DNA from: Octopus sinensis
Lineage: Eukaryota
Assembly (NCBI RefSeq): GCF_006345805.1
Contig: NC_043010.1
Location: forward strand, 40,052,001 to 40,116,000
DNA length: 64,000 bases
Direction of reading: 5' to 3'
In this document: in pieces, positions 1 through 13,399 of the stretch
Position numbering within the stretch: position 1 is the stretch's first letter
Layout of the letters: each line of letters begins with the position of its first letter
The notes under the pieces: generated by a model
What the model saw: only the letters and a program-made list of their open reading frames with translations
Database searches by the model: none
What the model was told of the DNA's origin: nothing
Position numbers and translations under genes: made by a program

Positions 1-25
1 AACATTCATATGTACACACATTCAA

Positions 26-125
26 NNNNNNNNNNNNNNNNNNNNNNNNNNNNNNNNNNNNNNNNNNNNNNNNNNNNNNNNNNNNNNNNNNNNNNNNNNN
101 NNNNNNNNNNNNNNNNNNNNNNNNN
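26..125. other. Assembly gap (100 N)
   Basis: Run of 100 n characters. Confidence 0.99.
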
Positions 126-630
126 TTACCATAAAGCAGAAGATCAATGAAAAAGAGAATACTTACACTGAGCTATTGAGAAATCTACAGTTACTCTATC
201 CAGATTACAGATACAGATTTATACCTGTAATTATTGGAGCCCTAGGATATGTAACATACTGCCTAAGTACCAACCCTGAGAAATTTGGTTTCTCAAAACC
301 AGAAAGGAGAAAGCTAATTCGAAGACTACAGATCCAGTCCATCACTGGAACTGTAAAAATCTTAAAATTTCCAGAGGTTTAGCGTTGAAATATATATGAG
401 CATGTCTAGATATGCAACTATAAGCATGATAATACTTAAAGCAAAACATACAAATCTGCGCAGATACATACATACATACATACGAACATACATATATATA
501 CATATACATACATACATACAGACAAAGCAAAATACCCTTGGATCTAGGTTAGAAACCGGCTCTTAATCTATTGGCAAGAGACCTTAAAATAAAACTGAAC
601 AATGGCATACATACATACATACATGCATAC
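126..630 (+). mobile_element. R4/Dong-type (restriction-like endonuclease) non-LTR retrotransposon, 3' fragment
   Basis: ORF 176-382 (..LQLLYPDYRYRFIPVIIGALG..) resembles the C-terminus of REL-type ORFs. The 3' UTR (ttggatctaggttagaaaccggc...aaataaaactgaac) matches the reverse complement of 32372-32665 and ends in (CATA)n. Confidence 0.75.
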
Positions 631-1840
631 GGTCTGACAGTAAATTCCATTTGTATCTTTCCACAGGTGCATTAGGTCATATACAAGCAATTTTACAAAG
701 ACCTGAAAATAGTGGGTTTCTCGAAGAAAGTGCAAAAGAAACAGGTGTAGATTTTTCAAATCTAATCCAGGAGCGACGCAATGAAGACTAGTAAAAAATT
801 TCGAAAATTCTTCATCTAGCAGTCCTCAGAGGAATATATGCGCACAGTTCGGTGTGTGCATCGACAGCTCAACAATCAAACCAACTCTACCACAAACTTA
901 CTATCACCGAGGTTTCTTCTAACTCAGAAATCTTGTCGCTTTGTTAAAGACCGTCTTGATTTCTCTCTTAAGAAGAACATACATATAATATGTGAACAGA
1001 TACAATGCAGAGTGTTTTGTTGCTACGTGTTGAAATATCATTTGAACGTTAGAGTACCTTATTTAATTCTCTGATATGCATTCAACGTAACGGAACTGAC
1101 CGATAATTTCGCTGAGATCCCCGTGCGAATCATGGTATGTGTTACTGCGTATTGGAAGAAATTAAATTATTGGATATCTATTCAATGGCAATGATTTATG
1201 TTTTAAAAGGTCTGATCACTATTCCCACGTCTTTCTCACGTCGTACGTCATTGAGGCGAGGGATCCACGAAGCTCGGATTTTGGTGAAAGCTTATTTCAT
1301 TGAATCACAGAAAGTAGTGTCTTCTACAATAATATTATTTTCTTTATATTCTACTATGATCCGGTGGCAAGTATAACGGTGAAGGTAAGAGCTAAAAATC
1401 TATAATTTGAGAAAATAGACACTAAGCTGGTAATTAATTGAATTTTGAAAGCGTTTATACAATTGAAATTTAAGATTTTATATTTTATACGTCTAATATT
1501 GTTTCTGTTACTTCATTTGTAGACGATGTTTTCGTTTTATATTAATGCAACTCATGTTCAATGACATAAAAACATCCACAGACACAAACAAAGACACATA
1601 TACACACATCCACACTGACACCCGCGAAGATACACATAGACAGACACACACACACTTATATGCCACGCACAGACTCGTATATATGTGTTATTATTCGATT
1701 CAAGTGGATGCTACATTTTTCAATGGTGTCAGTTAAAGCATATAAATAAAATGAAATAAAACAGAGACTAGCAGAAAAATATGTCTTCGTCCAATAAACA
1801 AGAGCTGTTCAACAAGAATTTAATATTTTTCAACATTTAC

Positions 1841-2010
1841 GCGCAGAAATGACCACATGACTAAGAACCTCGCGTGGCAACAACGTGGTTTCGTGTCCAG
1901 TTCCACCCTGCGACAATTTGGATATATGTCTTCTAATAAAGCCTCTGGTCGACCAATGCCTTTCTGATTAAATTTGGTCGACGGTAACTTTGTGGATGCC
2001 GGTCGCGTAT
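1841..2010 (+). mobile_element. Degenerate tRNA-derived SINE, family A, 5' half
   Basis: Diverged match to the family A head/body (..gtcttcta..gcctc.gg.cgacca..atttggt.gacgg..) followed by a microsatellite. Confidence 0.55.
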
Positions 2011-2085
2011 GTATAAGTATATGTATATCTGTATGTATGTACGCATGTATGTATGAATGTATGTATGTATATATATCACAGGCCT

Positions 2086-2594
2086 TTAATTAGGACTTGA
2101 TACAGTCCTTAAATCGCAGCCTTGGTTTCTGTCGGAGTCTCCTTCCATCCACAAGTTCTCGATAGAGCATCTGCTTAGGAATCCTTCTATCCTTCATTCT
2201 AATAAGGTGTCCAGTCCAACGCAACCGGTGCTTGTGCACCATCACCTCAATACTCAAGATATCAGCTGTCTTCAGGATCTGTGTGTCTGGAATGTTTGGG
2301 AGAACAGTGCCTGTCATGGTCACAGATAGAGGAAGCAGGTTAAGGAGGGGATCGACACTTTTGAGAGAGCACGTATCCAGCATGAAGAACTTAAGCGAGC
2401 TGCACGAAAGCGCACGGCTCGTATAGTGAATGGGGAAAGCTTGGTCTGCAATGTTTGCAGTCGTGTATGCTTGTCAAGAGCCGGGCTCATTAGCCACCAA
2501 CGGAGCCGCAAATGCAAAATATAAGTTAGTCCTAGAGCGCACAATGTTCCTGAAAGTCGGCAATGGTATTCCTCGGTCACGAATGGACGACCAT

Positions 2595-2598
<4 letters not shown>
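2086..2598. mobile_element. RTE-clade LINE 3' fragment with 5' inversion
   Basis: Minus strand 2293->2090 encodes IPDTQIL..RLRWTGHLIRM..RIPKQMLY.EL..G.R..KPRLRFKDCIKS. Plus strand 2296-2524 encodes the downstream WENSA..RKQVKEGIDTFE..CNVCSRVCLSRAGLISHQR zinc-finger terminus, followed by a short 3' UTR. Confidence 0.85.
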
Positions 2599-2636
<38 letters not shown>

Positions 2637-2640
<4 letters not shown>

Positions 2641-2752
2641 CACTTTTAATGGTCAGTCCTCTAAATTTTGTAAGTAAAAAAAATTTAATGTTCGGCTTTT
2701 GAAAATATGCTAACCCACTGGTTTTAATTGATTAATATCAAGTTCTAACTTA

Positions 2753-2829
<77 letters not shown>

Positions 2830-2946
2830 TAAGGGTAGAACTTGATATTAATCAATAAAACCAGTGGGTTAGCATATTTTCAAAAAGCCGAACATTAAAT
2901 TTTTTTTACTTACAAAATTTAGAGGACTGACCATTAAAAGTGCACA
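2637..2946. repeat. Long inverted repeat (~123-bp arms) around a (TA)n spacer
   Basis: tgtgcacttttaatggtcagtcc...ttaatta (2637-2760) is the reverse complement of taattaa...ggactgaccattaaaagtgcaca (2822-2946), with few differences. Confidence 0.95.
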
Positions 2947-3001
2947 GCCTATATGTTAAACATAGACGTCAAATCGCCATTAGCACGAAGAATGTGTTCC
3001 C

Positions 3002-3125
3002 CAATGCTTTGGTCGGCCCGAGGCTATAGAAGAAGACACTTGCCCAAGATGCCACGCAGTGGGACTGAACCCGGAACCATGTGGTTGGTAAGCAAGCTGC
3101 TTACCACACAGCCACTCCTGCACCT
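3002..3125 (-). mobile_element. SINE family A, 5' fragment
   Basis: Reverse complement of the tRNA-like head gtggctgtgtggtaag (A-box) ... ccgggttcagtccc (B-box-like), then ttgggcaagtgtcttc. Confidence 0.85.
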
Positions 3126-3864
3126 ATGACTAATAATTTATTTTATAGACTCATGAGAGTTGGATGACAAAGTTAACTTCAGTGAGAAATTTGAAACCAG
3201 AACGTAGATAGCAGGAATGGATGCAAGATCTTTCCAATCCATCGACATATTAATTAAGAGAATTTTTTGAAAAGGATTCAAAAGGTAACGCTACTGGTGG
3301 AATCTCCTTATTTAAAGAGTAAAGACGTGACGCTATTCAAAGTTTATGAGATACGGTGGGTACAGGAGGTAAGAGGTCTATAAAAAATAGAATTATAATT
3401 AAATAAATATTAAATGAGAATTGTGGAGAAGCTTAGATTTAAGAAGTATAGAAACGGATGACAGGAGATTCCATCTATTTAGTGTTGGCAATTAAGGAGA
3501 GGAGTGATAAAAGAAATTAATGGAATGGGGAACAAACATTGATGAAAAAAGTAAATAATTAATAATGAAGAAGGAAATAAATGGTGCAACATTACAAAAA
3601 AGTTAATTCGTAAGTTGTTGTAATACTTTAAATTAGAAAAGCAAGCTTAAATAAAACATAAAGGGGTTTGAAAGAAATATTTAAGTTAATGTGATATTTA
3701 TGAGCTGGTACTTAAACTAACAATGGAATTGAGAGAAGTAGGCTCAGGGAATTGTAGTAATAGCCCTTATATGAGAATAACGAAAAACGTTAATTCAAAT
3801 TAAAATATGATAAATATCAACAAATATTTTTCGATTAAACTCATGTGATATTCATTAGTTGCTA

Positions 3865-4447
3865 TGTATATTTCGCCAGTCGCTACGTTCTGAGTTCAAA
3901 TTCTGCCGATGTCAAGTTTGCCTTTCATCCTCTCCTGGTCGATAAATTAAGTACCAGTTGAACACTGAGGTCGATGTAATCGATTATTTCCCTCCCACCA
4001 AATTTCAGTCTCTATGCATTTTGCAGAAAGGTCCTTTATTTTCTAAGGCGGCGAGCTGGCAGAAACGTCAGCACGCCGGGTGAAATGCTCAGCTGTATTT
4101 CGTCTGCCGCTTCGTTCTGAATTCAAATTCCGCCGAGGTTGACATTGCCTTTCATCATTTCGGGGTCGATTAAATAAGTACCAGTTACGCACAGGGATCC
4201 ATATAATCGACATAATCCGTTTGCCTGTTCTTGTTTGTCTTCTCTGTCTTTAGCCCCTTGTGGGTAGCAAAGAAATAGAAATAGGTATTTCGTCTGTCTT
4301 TACGTTGAGTTAAAATTCCACCGATGTCGACTTTGCCTTTCATCATTTCGGGATCGATAAATTAAGTTCCAATTGTGTATGGGGTTGATCTAATCGACTG
4401 CCCCTCCCCCAAAATTTCAGGCCTTGTGCCTAGAGTAGAAAAGATTA
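3865..4447 (+). mobile_element. SINE family B cluster (MetaSINE-like central domain), including a dimeric copy at 4046-4447
   Basis: Head ggcgagctggcagaaacg..gttcaaattcc (A/B boxes). Body gcctttcatc.tt.cggggtcgataaa..agtacc resembles the Meta domain as recalled; not searched. Confidence 0.8.
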
Positions 4448-5204
4448 GTTGGTATAAGAAATAAGAAAAGAATGATGCTTAACTTCACCAAAAATTATTT
4501 TGATATTTGCTTTGTTACACATACTGATATAAAGTGAAATACTTATGGGAAGTTTGTGAAGGGAAATGTATGAATATTTTGCCTGCAAGACATTACAGAT
4601 TCAGGGAAATAAAGGAGTTGCTTTATAGAAGTATAAATCTAGGTAGACAATGTGTAAAATGGGTGGAAGAATGTATTTATATGACTAAGAGATAATGTAT
4701 ATAACACTTCATTATTCAGGAAAAACTGATACAGGTGTGTGAAAGCGATAAATTGCCTGTAAGAACTTTGTTGAAATATATTTCATGAAATTCCTGTAAT
4801 TCAAATAAATATAGCTTTCCTGCACAACTTCCATAAATTTTCACTTTTACTTTATCGTTCATTATCCGTATATGAACTCTTCCTTTGACCAGCATTAACT
4901 TGTTAACTCTTTAAGGTATTAATTTTGCTATAACGTGATAATTTCAATATGGAAACCATAATCATTGAGGGGTGACATTATAATCGAATATAGAAAAAAA
5001 TGAATGTAATAACAAAACTTTATAAACGAAAGGAGATAATTCTATGTCATTTAACGATTAATGAATACATTGAATTACGTGTAGCTTTAAAATACCGCAT
5101 GAATGATTGATACTTTCAATGCAAAAGTGTTGGGTTTTGTGTTACGTGATTATACCCTTTCTTGTTTAAAAGTAATTATTTAATTTACAATATTACTATA
5201 TTAA

Positions 5205-5765
5205 AAGCGGCGAGCTGGCAGAAACATTAGCACGCCGAGCGAAATGATTAGCGTTCGTCTGTCGTTACGTTCTGAGTTCAAATTTCGCCGAGGTCTACTT
5301 TGCCTTTCATCATTTCGGGGTCGATAAATTAATTACCAGTTGCGTACTGGGGTCGATTTGATCGACTGTCCCCCTACCACAAAATTTCAGGCCTTATGCC
5401 TAGAGTATTGCCGAAAGGCGGCGAGCTGGCAGGAACGTTACTACGCCGGGTGAAATATTTGCCGTATTTCGTCTGCCGTTACGTTCTGAGTTCAAATTCC
5501 GCCGAGGTCGAATTTGCCTTTCATCCTTTCGTGGTCGATTAAATAAGTACCAGTTACATACTGGGTCGATATAATGGGCATAATCCCTTTGCCTGTCCTT
5601 GTTTGTCCTCTCTGTGTTTAGCCCCTTGTGGGTAGTAAAGAAATAGGTATTTCGTCTGAGTCCAAATACCACCGAGGTCAACTTTACCTTTCATCCTTTC
5701 TGGGTCGATAAATTAAGTACCCTCTCCCAAAATGTTGGGTCGTGTATTTAGAATAGAAAAGAATA
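5205..5765 (+). mobile_element. SINE family B: monomer plus dimeric copy
   Basis: Same head and body as 4046-4447, in tandem arrangement. Confidence 0.8.
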
Positions 5766-6216
5766 TTATTATATTAAAAATATCGAAAACAAGTCAGTGT
5801 CGGAATTTGTGCGTTAGTATTGTTGGTTTTTGTTTTAAAATCGACCTTCATAACAGCGTTACGTTGGTCGATTGAAAATATACGTATCAACAGGCGTAGT
5901 TAAAAGAAGCATTATTTAAGAGCACAAAATATATTAGTTTCCGTTTTTAAATACAATATGGTCAACCCATTATTTCAGGGAATGAACTACAAACAACTTA
6001 ATAAAATACAGTATTTTTAAACTCGTATTAATCCATATTTACGAAGCACCATATCTAGATAATATAATTAATTAGGGCAGTTTTTTGTAGACGACCAGTT
6101 CAAGATAATTAAACTCAAAACTTTTCGTTCTCATTTCCTCGCAACCGGTTATGATGTTTTCTTTTCCCTTCTGTCGATTGTTTTCCCATTAACTCACTTA
6201 CCGACGAAATCAATAT

Positions 6217-6280
<64 letters not shown>

Positions 6281-7130
6281 CATCAGAAAATACATATATA
6301 TGGACACTTATAGATTAGATATTTTTTTCATTTAATTTTGGTATATATATGTAAGTATGTGTGTGGAAGTGTGTATATTGATTTATTGTGAATGTATTGT
6401 ATCGAAATATGTACGATAGAATGAACTCAATTTAATATGCTGTACTTAATTTTACTGTTTTAACTATATTTAGAATGTAATTAAATTTTGTATTTTGAAA
6501 TGATTATCAGACTCTGATTTGCTTTCATAAACTAAAATTGTTCTTCACGAAGCTACTTCAATGTTTCATTTTCCCACTTGACTAGTAGATTATTGAAAAG
6601 CGCTATTGCAATGCGCAAAATGTCCGTTCGAAAACTATAATCGAGTAACCATAACGAGATAAGAATATACTGAGAGTATTGTTCCTTCCAGCAGTACGAA
6701 ACATAATTGATGCTGAAAAGGATTGACCGGCAACTCTCAGCCTGCAGGATAACCAAATGTTTCTTTTCTTTACTCATGTAACCCACATACGGAATTTGAT
6801 ATTGGATTCATCCGAACCATGAAGAAACAATTTTTGATTTACTATGAACGTAGAATATTCGCTAATAAGGCATTGACGTAAATATATTGAAATGTTTTCT
6901 AGTCCTTTCTCTACATTACAAATCAATACTCTCATATCATGCTAATGTCCATGGTCTTTGTATTACAGTAGGGTAGGTAGAACCATCCGCATGCATTTTC
7001 TGTTTGTATTTGTGTGTGCATATATTTACATACATGTGCAATACATACACATACATGCACACACGTACAACGCACACTCACACACGAACACATATATATA
7101 TTATGAAAGTATATATATGAGTGTGTGTGC

Positions 7131-7170
<40 letters not shown>

Positions 7171-7525
7171 TTATATTTATATATATATACACTTTTTTAT
7201 ACAAGGGGTGGCAATGCGAGCTACAACCACAGGAACATTATAAAATTCAAAGATAGACCAAACACATACAAATCTTATATACTAATTTACAACTAAACAG
7301 TCCGACATTTTAAAAAATTTTAGAATTCAGTAATATATAAGTATCATAAACAAATTAAAATATACATTTTGCATATAACACGCTTAAAACTGTTAGAATA
7401 AGAGAAATAAATATAATGATAATAAAATAAATATGGCATATCAAAAGACGAATAAAATTCCGGCGAATAGTACATAGACTATAATACATATACAAGCTTA
7501 CAAAAATATAAGTTATACAGAAGTC

Positions 7526-7606
7526 CATCTACAGGCCGTTTCGGGGATGTGCCAATTAATATTAGACATACCAGTACTTAAAATAGGCACTCCCCTCATC
7601 AGGATG
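7526..7606 (-). ncRNA. Type I hammerhead ribozyme motif, canonical core
   Basis: Minus strand reads catc-CTGATGA-ggggagtgcc[loop]ggcacatcccc-GAAA-cggcctg-TA^gatg. Stems I, II and III pair; GUA cleavage triplet. Confidence 0.8.
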
Positions 7607-8631
7607 TCCTATACAACACATATAAAACATGAATAAATACACAAATACACAATCACATACCGGGCATTCTCAGAACACGGCATTTACGTACACCCAGAAA
7701 TTTTTCGTCGATCCTGAATGGAACTTTATACGGATACAATTCGATCCAGCCGCCATAGTAAATTGTATGCACATAACGCCATCTGGACCATTTCACTTCA
7801 GCACTTAATTTATTTTATTTTATTTTATTTCAATTTTATAAATTCTCCCATACATGCAAAGCCACATATTCAGGTTCATGGTAAACGAGATAAAACTAAA
7901 GTAATGTAATTATTAAAAAAAATAGCTGTTAGTCGAGGACTGCTTACATCATTTCTACCTACCGTATCAAATTACAAGGGTTTTTTTTTTACATTCCTTA
8001 TGGATCCTTTTTGGAAAAGCTTCTATTTGCATTCTAATCGTTATATGTTTTCTGGATGTGGATATGCTACTGATACAGAAGTTTTGATGGAAAAATATAT
8101 TTACTACAATAATCGAAGGAAGGGTTTTATAAATACCACTTAAAATTGATATTAACTGAGATCCGTAAAAATCAATATCATCTCCTCAGGCTTAATATTT
8201 TTATTAATAGGCCGTGTAATTTTTAATAATTTTATGCAACTAGATATTTGGATATTCCAATAAATTCTTTAATGACAAACAACATATTATAATTCAACTG
8301 TCCGTGTATCATTGATCAGCATTATGAGTATAGCGTTGCATTAAGGAACTGTATTTTATAAAAGGGAGCTGTAGCCCTGAAAAGTTCAGAAATTATTGCT
8401 CTGCACTCTCATATTAGTCAGCTAGAGATGGCAGTAAATCCTCCTCAGATCAAACTAGCGTTTTAAAAATGTATAAAGCTTTGGACAGGTGACATGATCC
8501 TAACGTGAAAGACTTTGAAGAGGAACGGTTTGTATTTAAACAATATTTAGCATTAAACATACACAACAATGAAACATTATGAATCACTATGACTAGAGAA
8601 CTTCTAAGTTGTTATTTGGCCTAACAGTAAT

Positions 8632-8866
8632 ATCTATTTCTTTATTGCCCACAGGGGGCTAAACATAGACGGGACAAACAAAGACAGACAAGGGGATTAA
8701 GTCGATTATATCGATCCCAGTGATTTACTGGTACTTATTTAATCGACCCCGAAAGGATGAAAGGCATAGTCGACCTCGGCGTAATTTGAACTCAGAACGT
8801 AGCGGCAGACAAAATACCACTTGGCATTTCGCCCGGCGTGCTAGCGTCTCTGCCAGCTCGCCGCCG
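8632..8866 (-). mobile_element. SINE family B
   Basis: Reverse complement of ggcggcgagctggcag...gttcaaat...gtggg..ataaagaaatag. Confidence 0.85.
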
Positions 8867-9570
8867 TCCTAACAGAAATATCAGTGACATCCCGTTTAAA
8901 CCAGACCTTAAGAAAAATGAACTAAAAACAGAAATAGAATAATAATAATAATACTAGTAATGATAATGAAGGCATACGTTAGATATTGCAGTAGTAGATA
9001 AACTGCATCTGAAATAAAATCTTGGACTGTCCACGTCTGCGGCATCACTGATTACACTTTTTATGTTTTTGGTCAGTAAATGTTATTTCCTATTTGCTTC
9101 TGTAGTAATGAAAGGATATTACTACCATTCTCTTCAAACTTTGCTTTTGTAACCTGGACATCAATGTTTTGAAACTGACCTATATTCCATTACATTTCAA
9201 ACATATTAAGTGCCGAGTTGCTGAAGCAGTAATATCGTTATAGCAAATATTCTGCTCATTACCACAGATTTACATATCCTTGGCTTGACCTTAAGCACTT
9301 GAACATGTTCCTAAGTGGCTGACAATATGTGCATCTCTGATCATGAGCAGGAGTAGTAAGGGAGCATCGTAGCTATCTGTTAAGGGGAATTATTTGGAAT
9401 TTGAGTAAATGTAACAAAGCAAATTTTGAAGGAAGTATTAGCCATTTTCCTAGGAGTAAATAGGTAGGGAACAGTAGTTGCTATCTAAGGACAAAACTCA
9501 TGTTACACAGCGTTATATATCAGTTCAAATGCAGAGTATATATTGTCTACACAATAACAAAAACAATAAA

Positions 9571-9947
9571 AACAAGAGCACTCAGTGAGTGCAAACTTCC
9601 GCCAAGGCAACACCAACGCCCTCTCAACGATTAACAGCAAATGATTTTTAAAATGAGAATATCTAAAATAAACTCGACCGCTCTCACAAACGAGAATACT
9701 TAAAATGAACCCGACCATTCTCAAAAATTAATTAAAAAAAAAACGGAAAAAATAAAATAGAATCCTTGTCCGGTAGCGGATTGATCCCAAAATCTAATCA
9801 GTCCGTGCCAGTCGCAGGGCAAAACATCTTTGAAAGTTTCATGCAAATCCTCCAGCCGTTTCTGAGGTATCTTGTCCACTGTCAAAACACACAAACAAAT
9901 AAGCACGACTGAAAGCAATACCTCCACCTTAACGAAAGCGGAAGTAT
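9571..9947 (+). mobile_element. Non-autonomous Helentron/DINE-1-like element (HINE)
   Basis: 5' palindrome gcactcagtgagtgc, subterminal inverted repeat acttccgc/gcggaagt, 3' hairpin tacctcc..ggaagta and a short acaa repeat near the 3' end. Confidence 0.6.
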
Positions 9948-10749
9948 TGCTTTCCACCATTATAATCAATTCTACCATTATAATCAATCAGAGGAACCCT
10001 TATGGCAGGTTTTTCATAAATATAGGAAAATGATATCATTAGTCCGGGTAAGACAATGTTGCGATGCGGAGTTTCTAAAAGAACACAACATACAGTTTTG
10101 TCTCCGTATCTGCCAACCATCAAACTTGCCCAAAATCTACAGTAGTAAGCATCAATGACGTCATAAGACGCAGAGTTTCTGCGTCGTTACACGTCAATAG
10201 CCCAGGGTACCAAACCGTTGTTCGTTGCCATAGAAAACTTGTTCTTATATTAGAAATGTATATAGTGTATTTACTGCTGTGTCCAAAGCTTTGTCACGCT
10301 GGAATTAATTAACGAAAGGCACACTAAGCCGCGTTGAATGAAGTTTTTAAACTACATACAAAAACTAAACTGATATCCACTTAACTCCATGGTCTTCATG
10401 CAGAATACGTCCTTGGGACATTTTCCACTGTAATTATTTTCGGACAGGTCAATGGTAGAACTGATATTTTGGTATGTGATCTGGAGAGATGGTCAAACCT
10501 AACCGATGTGGGATCATCTTTTAATCTTTCATAGTTTCTTACGACACTTACACCAAGATAGATCGGCCGTAAATTGGCGGTCATTCCCGTAGAAAACGAA
10601 CGGTAGATGTTGCATGCATGAAAAACGTCCAGTCTTCCGCGAAAATATGCAAATATTTGCAAAGGGCTGCTCCTATTGATATAGAAAAATGGTGAAACCT
10701 GAATGATGTGGGATCCTCAATTAGTTTTCAGTGGTTCTTTCATTTTACA

Positions 10750-10968
10750 TACTCTTTTATTCTTTTACTTGTTTCAGTCATTTGACTGCGGCTATGTTGG
10801 AGCACCGCCTTTAATCGAGCAAATCGATCCCGGGACTTATTCTTTGTAAGCCCAGTACTTATTCTATCGGTCTCTTTTGCCGAACCGCTAAGTGACGGAG
10901 ACGTAAACACACCAGCTGGGGGTAAACACACCAATGCTGGGGGAGAAACATAGACACACAACCCCCCC

Positions 10969-11008
<40 letters not shown>

Positions 11009-11172
11009 TGCGACAGGCTTCTTTCAGTTTCCGTCTACTAAGTCCACTCACAAGGCATTGGTCGGCCCGGGGTTATAGCAGAAGACACTTGCCCAAGATG
11101 CCACGCAGTGGGACTGAACCTGGAACCATGTGGTCGGTTAGCAAGCTACTTACCACACAGCCACTCTGCGCT
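10750..11172 (-). mobile_element. SINE family A, near full length with internal (TA)/(CA) microsatellite
   Basis: Head, internal microsatellite and tail ggcggtgctcca.cat.gccgcagtcaaatgactgaaac. Confidence 0.9.
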
Positions 11173-11212
<40 letters not shown>

Positions 11213-11889
11213 TATATATATATATATAATATATATATATATATATAGATATATATATATATATATTCTATAATATATATATATTTAAGCAACTTGTATC
11301 TAAGGAGAATCTTGAGCCACTGTGAATATGGCATTATATTTTGTGTTGTAAAGTTCTTTAAGTTAGCTCCTTCAATCCATGAATATATTCACAATGGAAT
11401 ACTACAGAATAATATTTACTCTTCAAAATGACAGCTTATATTATATTTAAAACAACACCCTGGAAATAAGCAAACGTGGCAACACATCCATTGATATCTC
11501 TCCGGTTGGATTCTTAACATGCTGTCAAACCGATTATCTTCATCGTTGGTGCGTCACTCTGCCTAAGGTTTATTTTACTTTGCGCTTGCTTTCTAGCAAG
11601 GCCAAATTGTCTGGAGACATTATATGTTGCACTGTCAGATACTCATTCCGTAATTCAACATTGTTCTTTGTTTCTTCTCTCACTCTCGCTCTCGTCCAAT
11701 TCATCTCTTTCTTTTGTAGTCATAATCATTCCTAACACAGTATCTCTCTAAAAACATGTTGTTTTTCGTCATCTGCTGCACGTATAACTGTGTTGCTTTA
11801 TACACAGACACTCACACACATACATTCACACGCACATACACACACACACACATATATTTTTTTTTCTCTCACACATATATATATTTTTG

Positions 11890-12036
11890 TTCTCTCCTTG
11901 TTTTATCTGTGTCCCTTTCTGTAGAAGAGCGTAGGCTCGAAACGTAAAAGACTGTTTCTACTCCTGAGCGTTATACTAATAATCTGTTTGTATTGTACAC
12001 CACCGTCTTCGTCTTTGTTTTTTCTTAAAATCTCCG
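11890..12036 (+). mobile_element. Short microsatellite-embedded element, family C, with hammerhead-like motif
   Basis: cttt-ctgtagaa-gagc-gtag-gctc-gaaacgta-aaag at 11915-11950; homologous copies at 16910-17120, 43539-43735, 49935-50265 and 54520-54810. Confidence 0.65.
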
Positions 12037-12047
12037 TATATATATAT

Positions 12048-12091
<44 letters not shown>

Positions 12092-12093
12092 CT

Positions 12094-12133
<40 letters not shown>

Positions 12134-12181
12134 CATACATACATGCATACATACATACATACATACATACATACATACTAC

Positions 12182-12246
<65 letters not shown>

Positions 12247-12308
12247 ATATATATTATATATATCCACCATATATACATACGGCATTCACTCACACACACG
12301 ATTATGTA

Positions 12309-12351
<43 letters not shown>

Positions 12352-13031
12352 TAGAGAGTTAGATAGAGAGAAATTAGTATCAATAGCTAGCTTTGGTAAT
12401 TATGTTTTCTTATATAATTTTTATGATAAAGCACCGACATTTTCAAACTTGAATTTTTCCTTGTTTATCTGGTGGCTGAATCTTTTGAGACTATATTTAT
12501 TTGTAATTTCAATTTTGCGACTTAGAGGAAAGAGTATCATTATGGTTATTTTAAATAATATTTATAATTCTAATTTTAAATGCAACACAAAGAAGCGAAT
12601 ATCTTCTTAAAGTAATACGTTCAATTTAATAAAGAAAACAACATGTCGTGCTGTGTACTTTGGTGTTCAGATGAAAGGGTGACTAATTAGTCCACTACCT
12701 AAGTATGCAATGTAGCGGTATCAACATGGCAGTTCCGATTCAATAAAAGATCCTGGATTTCGTTGATGATTATTAGAAAAGCGAGGGACGAGAACCTAGA
12801 AACACCTGAACTAAAATATCATGTCAGGTAATATGAGAAAATTATGCGGGATGCGAGCGTCAAAGTAGTGAACACATGACGCAATGTTAGAAAATAACGT
12901 GTAGTGACATGGAATTAAATGTCACTCGAATACAATATTCAGAATAGAACAGTCTGTAATATTTTTTTCATATACAATATTGCTACACACACACTCACAC
13001 AAGCACACCCATACACGAATATATATATATT

Positions 13032-13075
<44 letters not shown>

Positions 13076-13399
13076 AAAAAAATACAAAAACTGGTACAGA
13101 AACGCAAAACATTTAGAAGGCGATACAAAAAAACACGGACGGGACATTCGAAGCCTTCAATCTTCAGTCAAGAACCAGATCATCCTCGCAATTTCGGCAG
13201 ATTAATCTTGAGATCGTTCCTATCCGGCCACACCCAAGGGGAAACTAAGCTACGAGCATTAGATTTCTTGGAAAAAGGATCGAATGCATACGAAAAAGGG
13301 ACAGAAAAACGGACGATTCCACACGAATATAAATACAAAACGCAATAATAGTAATAACAGGACAAAAACAGCAGGTGTCTTACGACTATAGCCAGTACA

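Noticed and set aside
6550-6870. Repeat-free stretch considered as a host exon
   Set aside because: No recognisable protein similarity or convincing splice/ORF structure by eye; small exons cannot be excluded.
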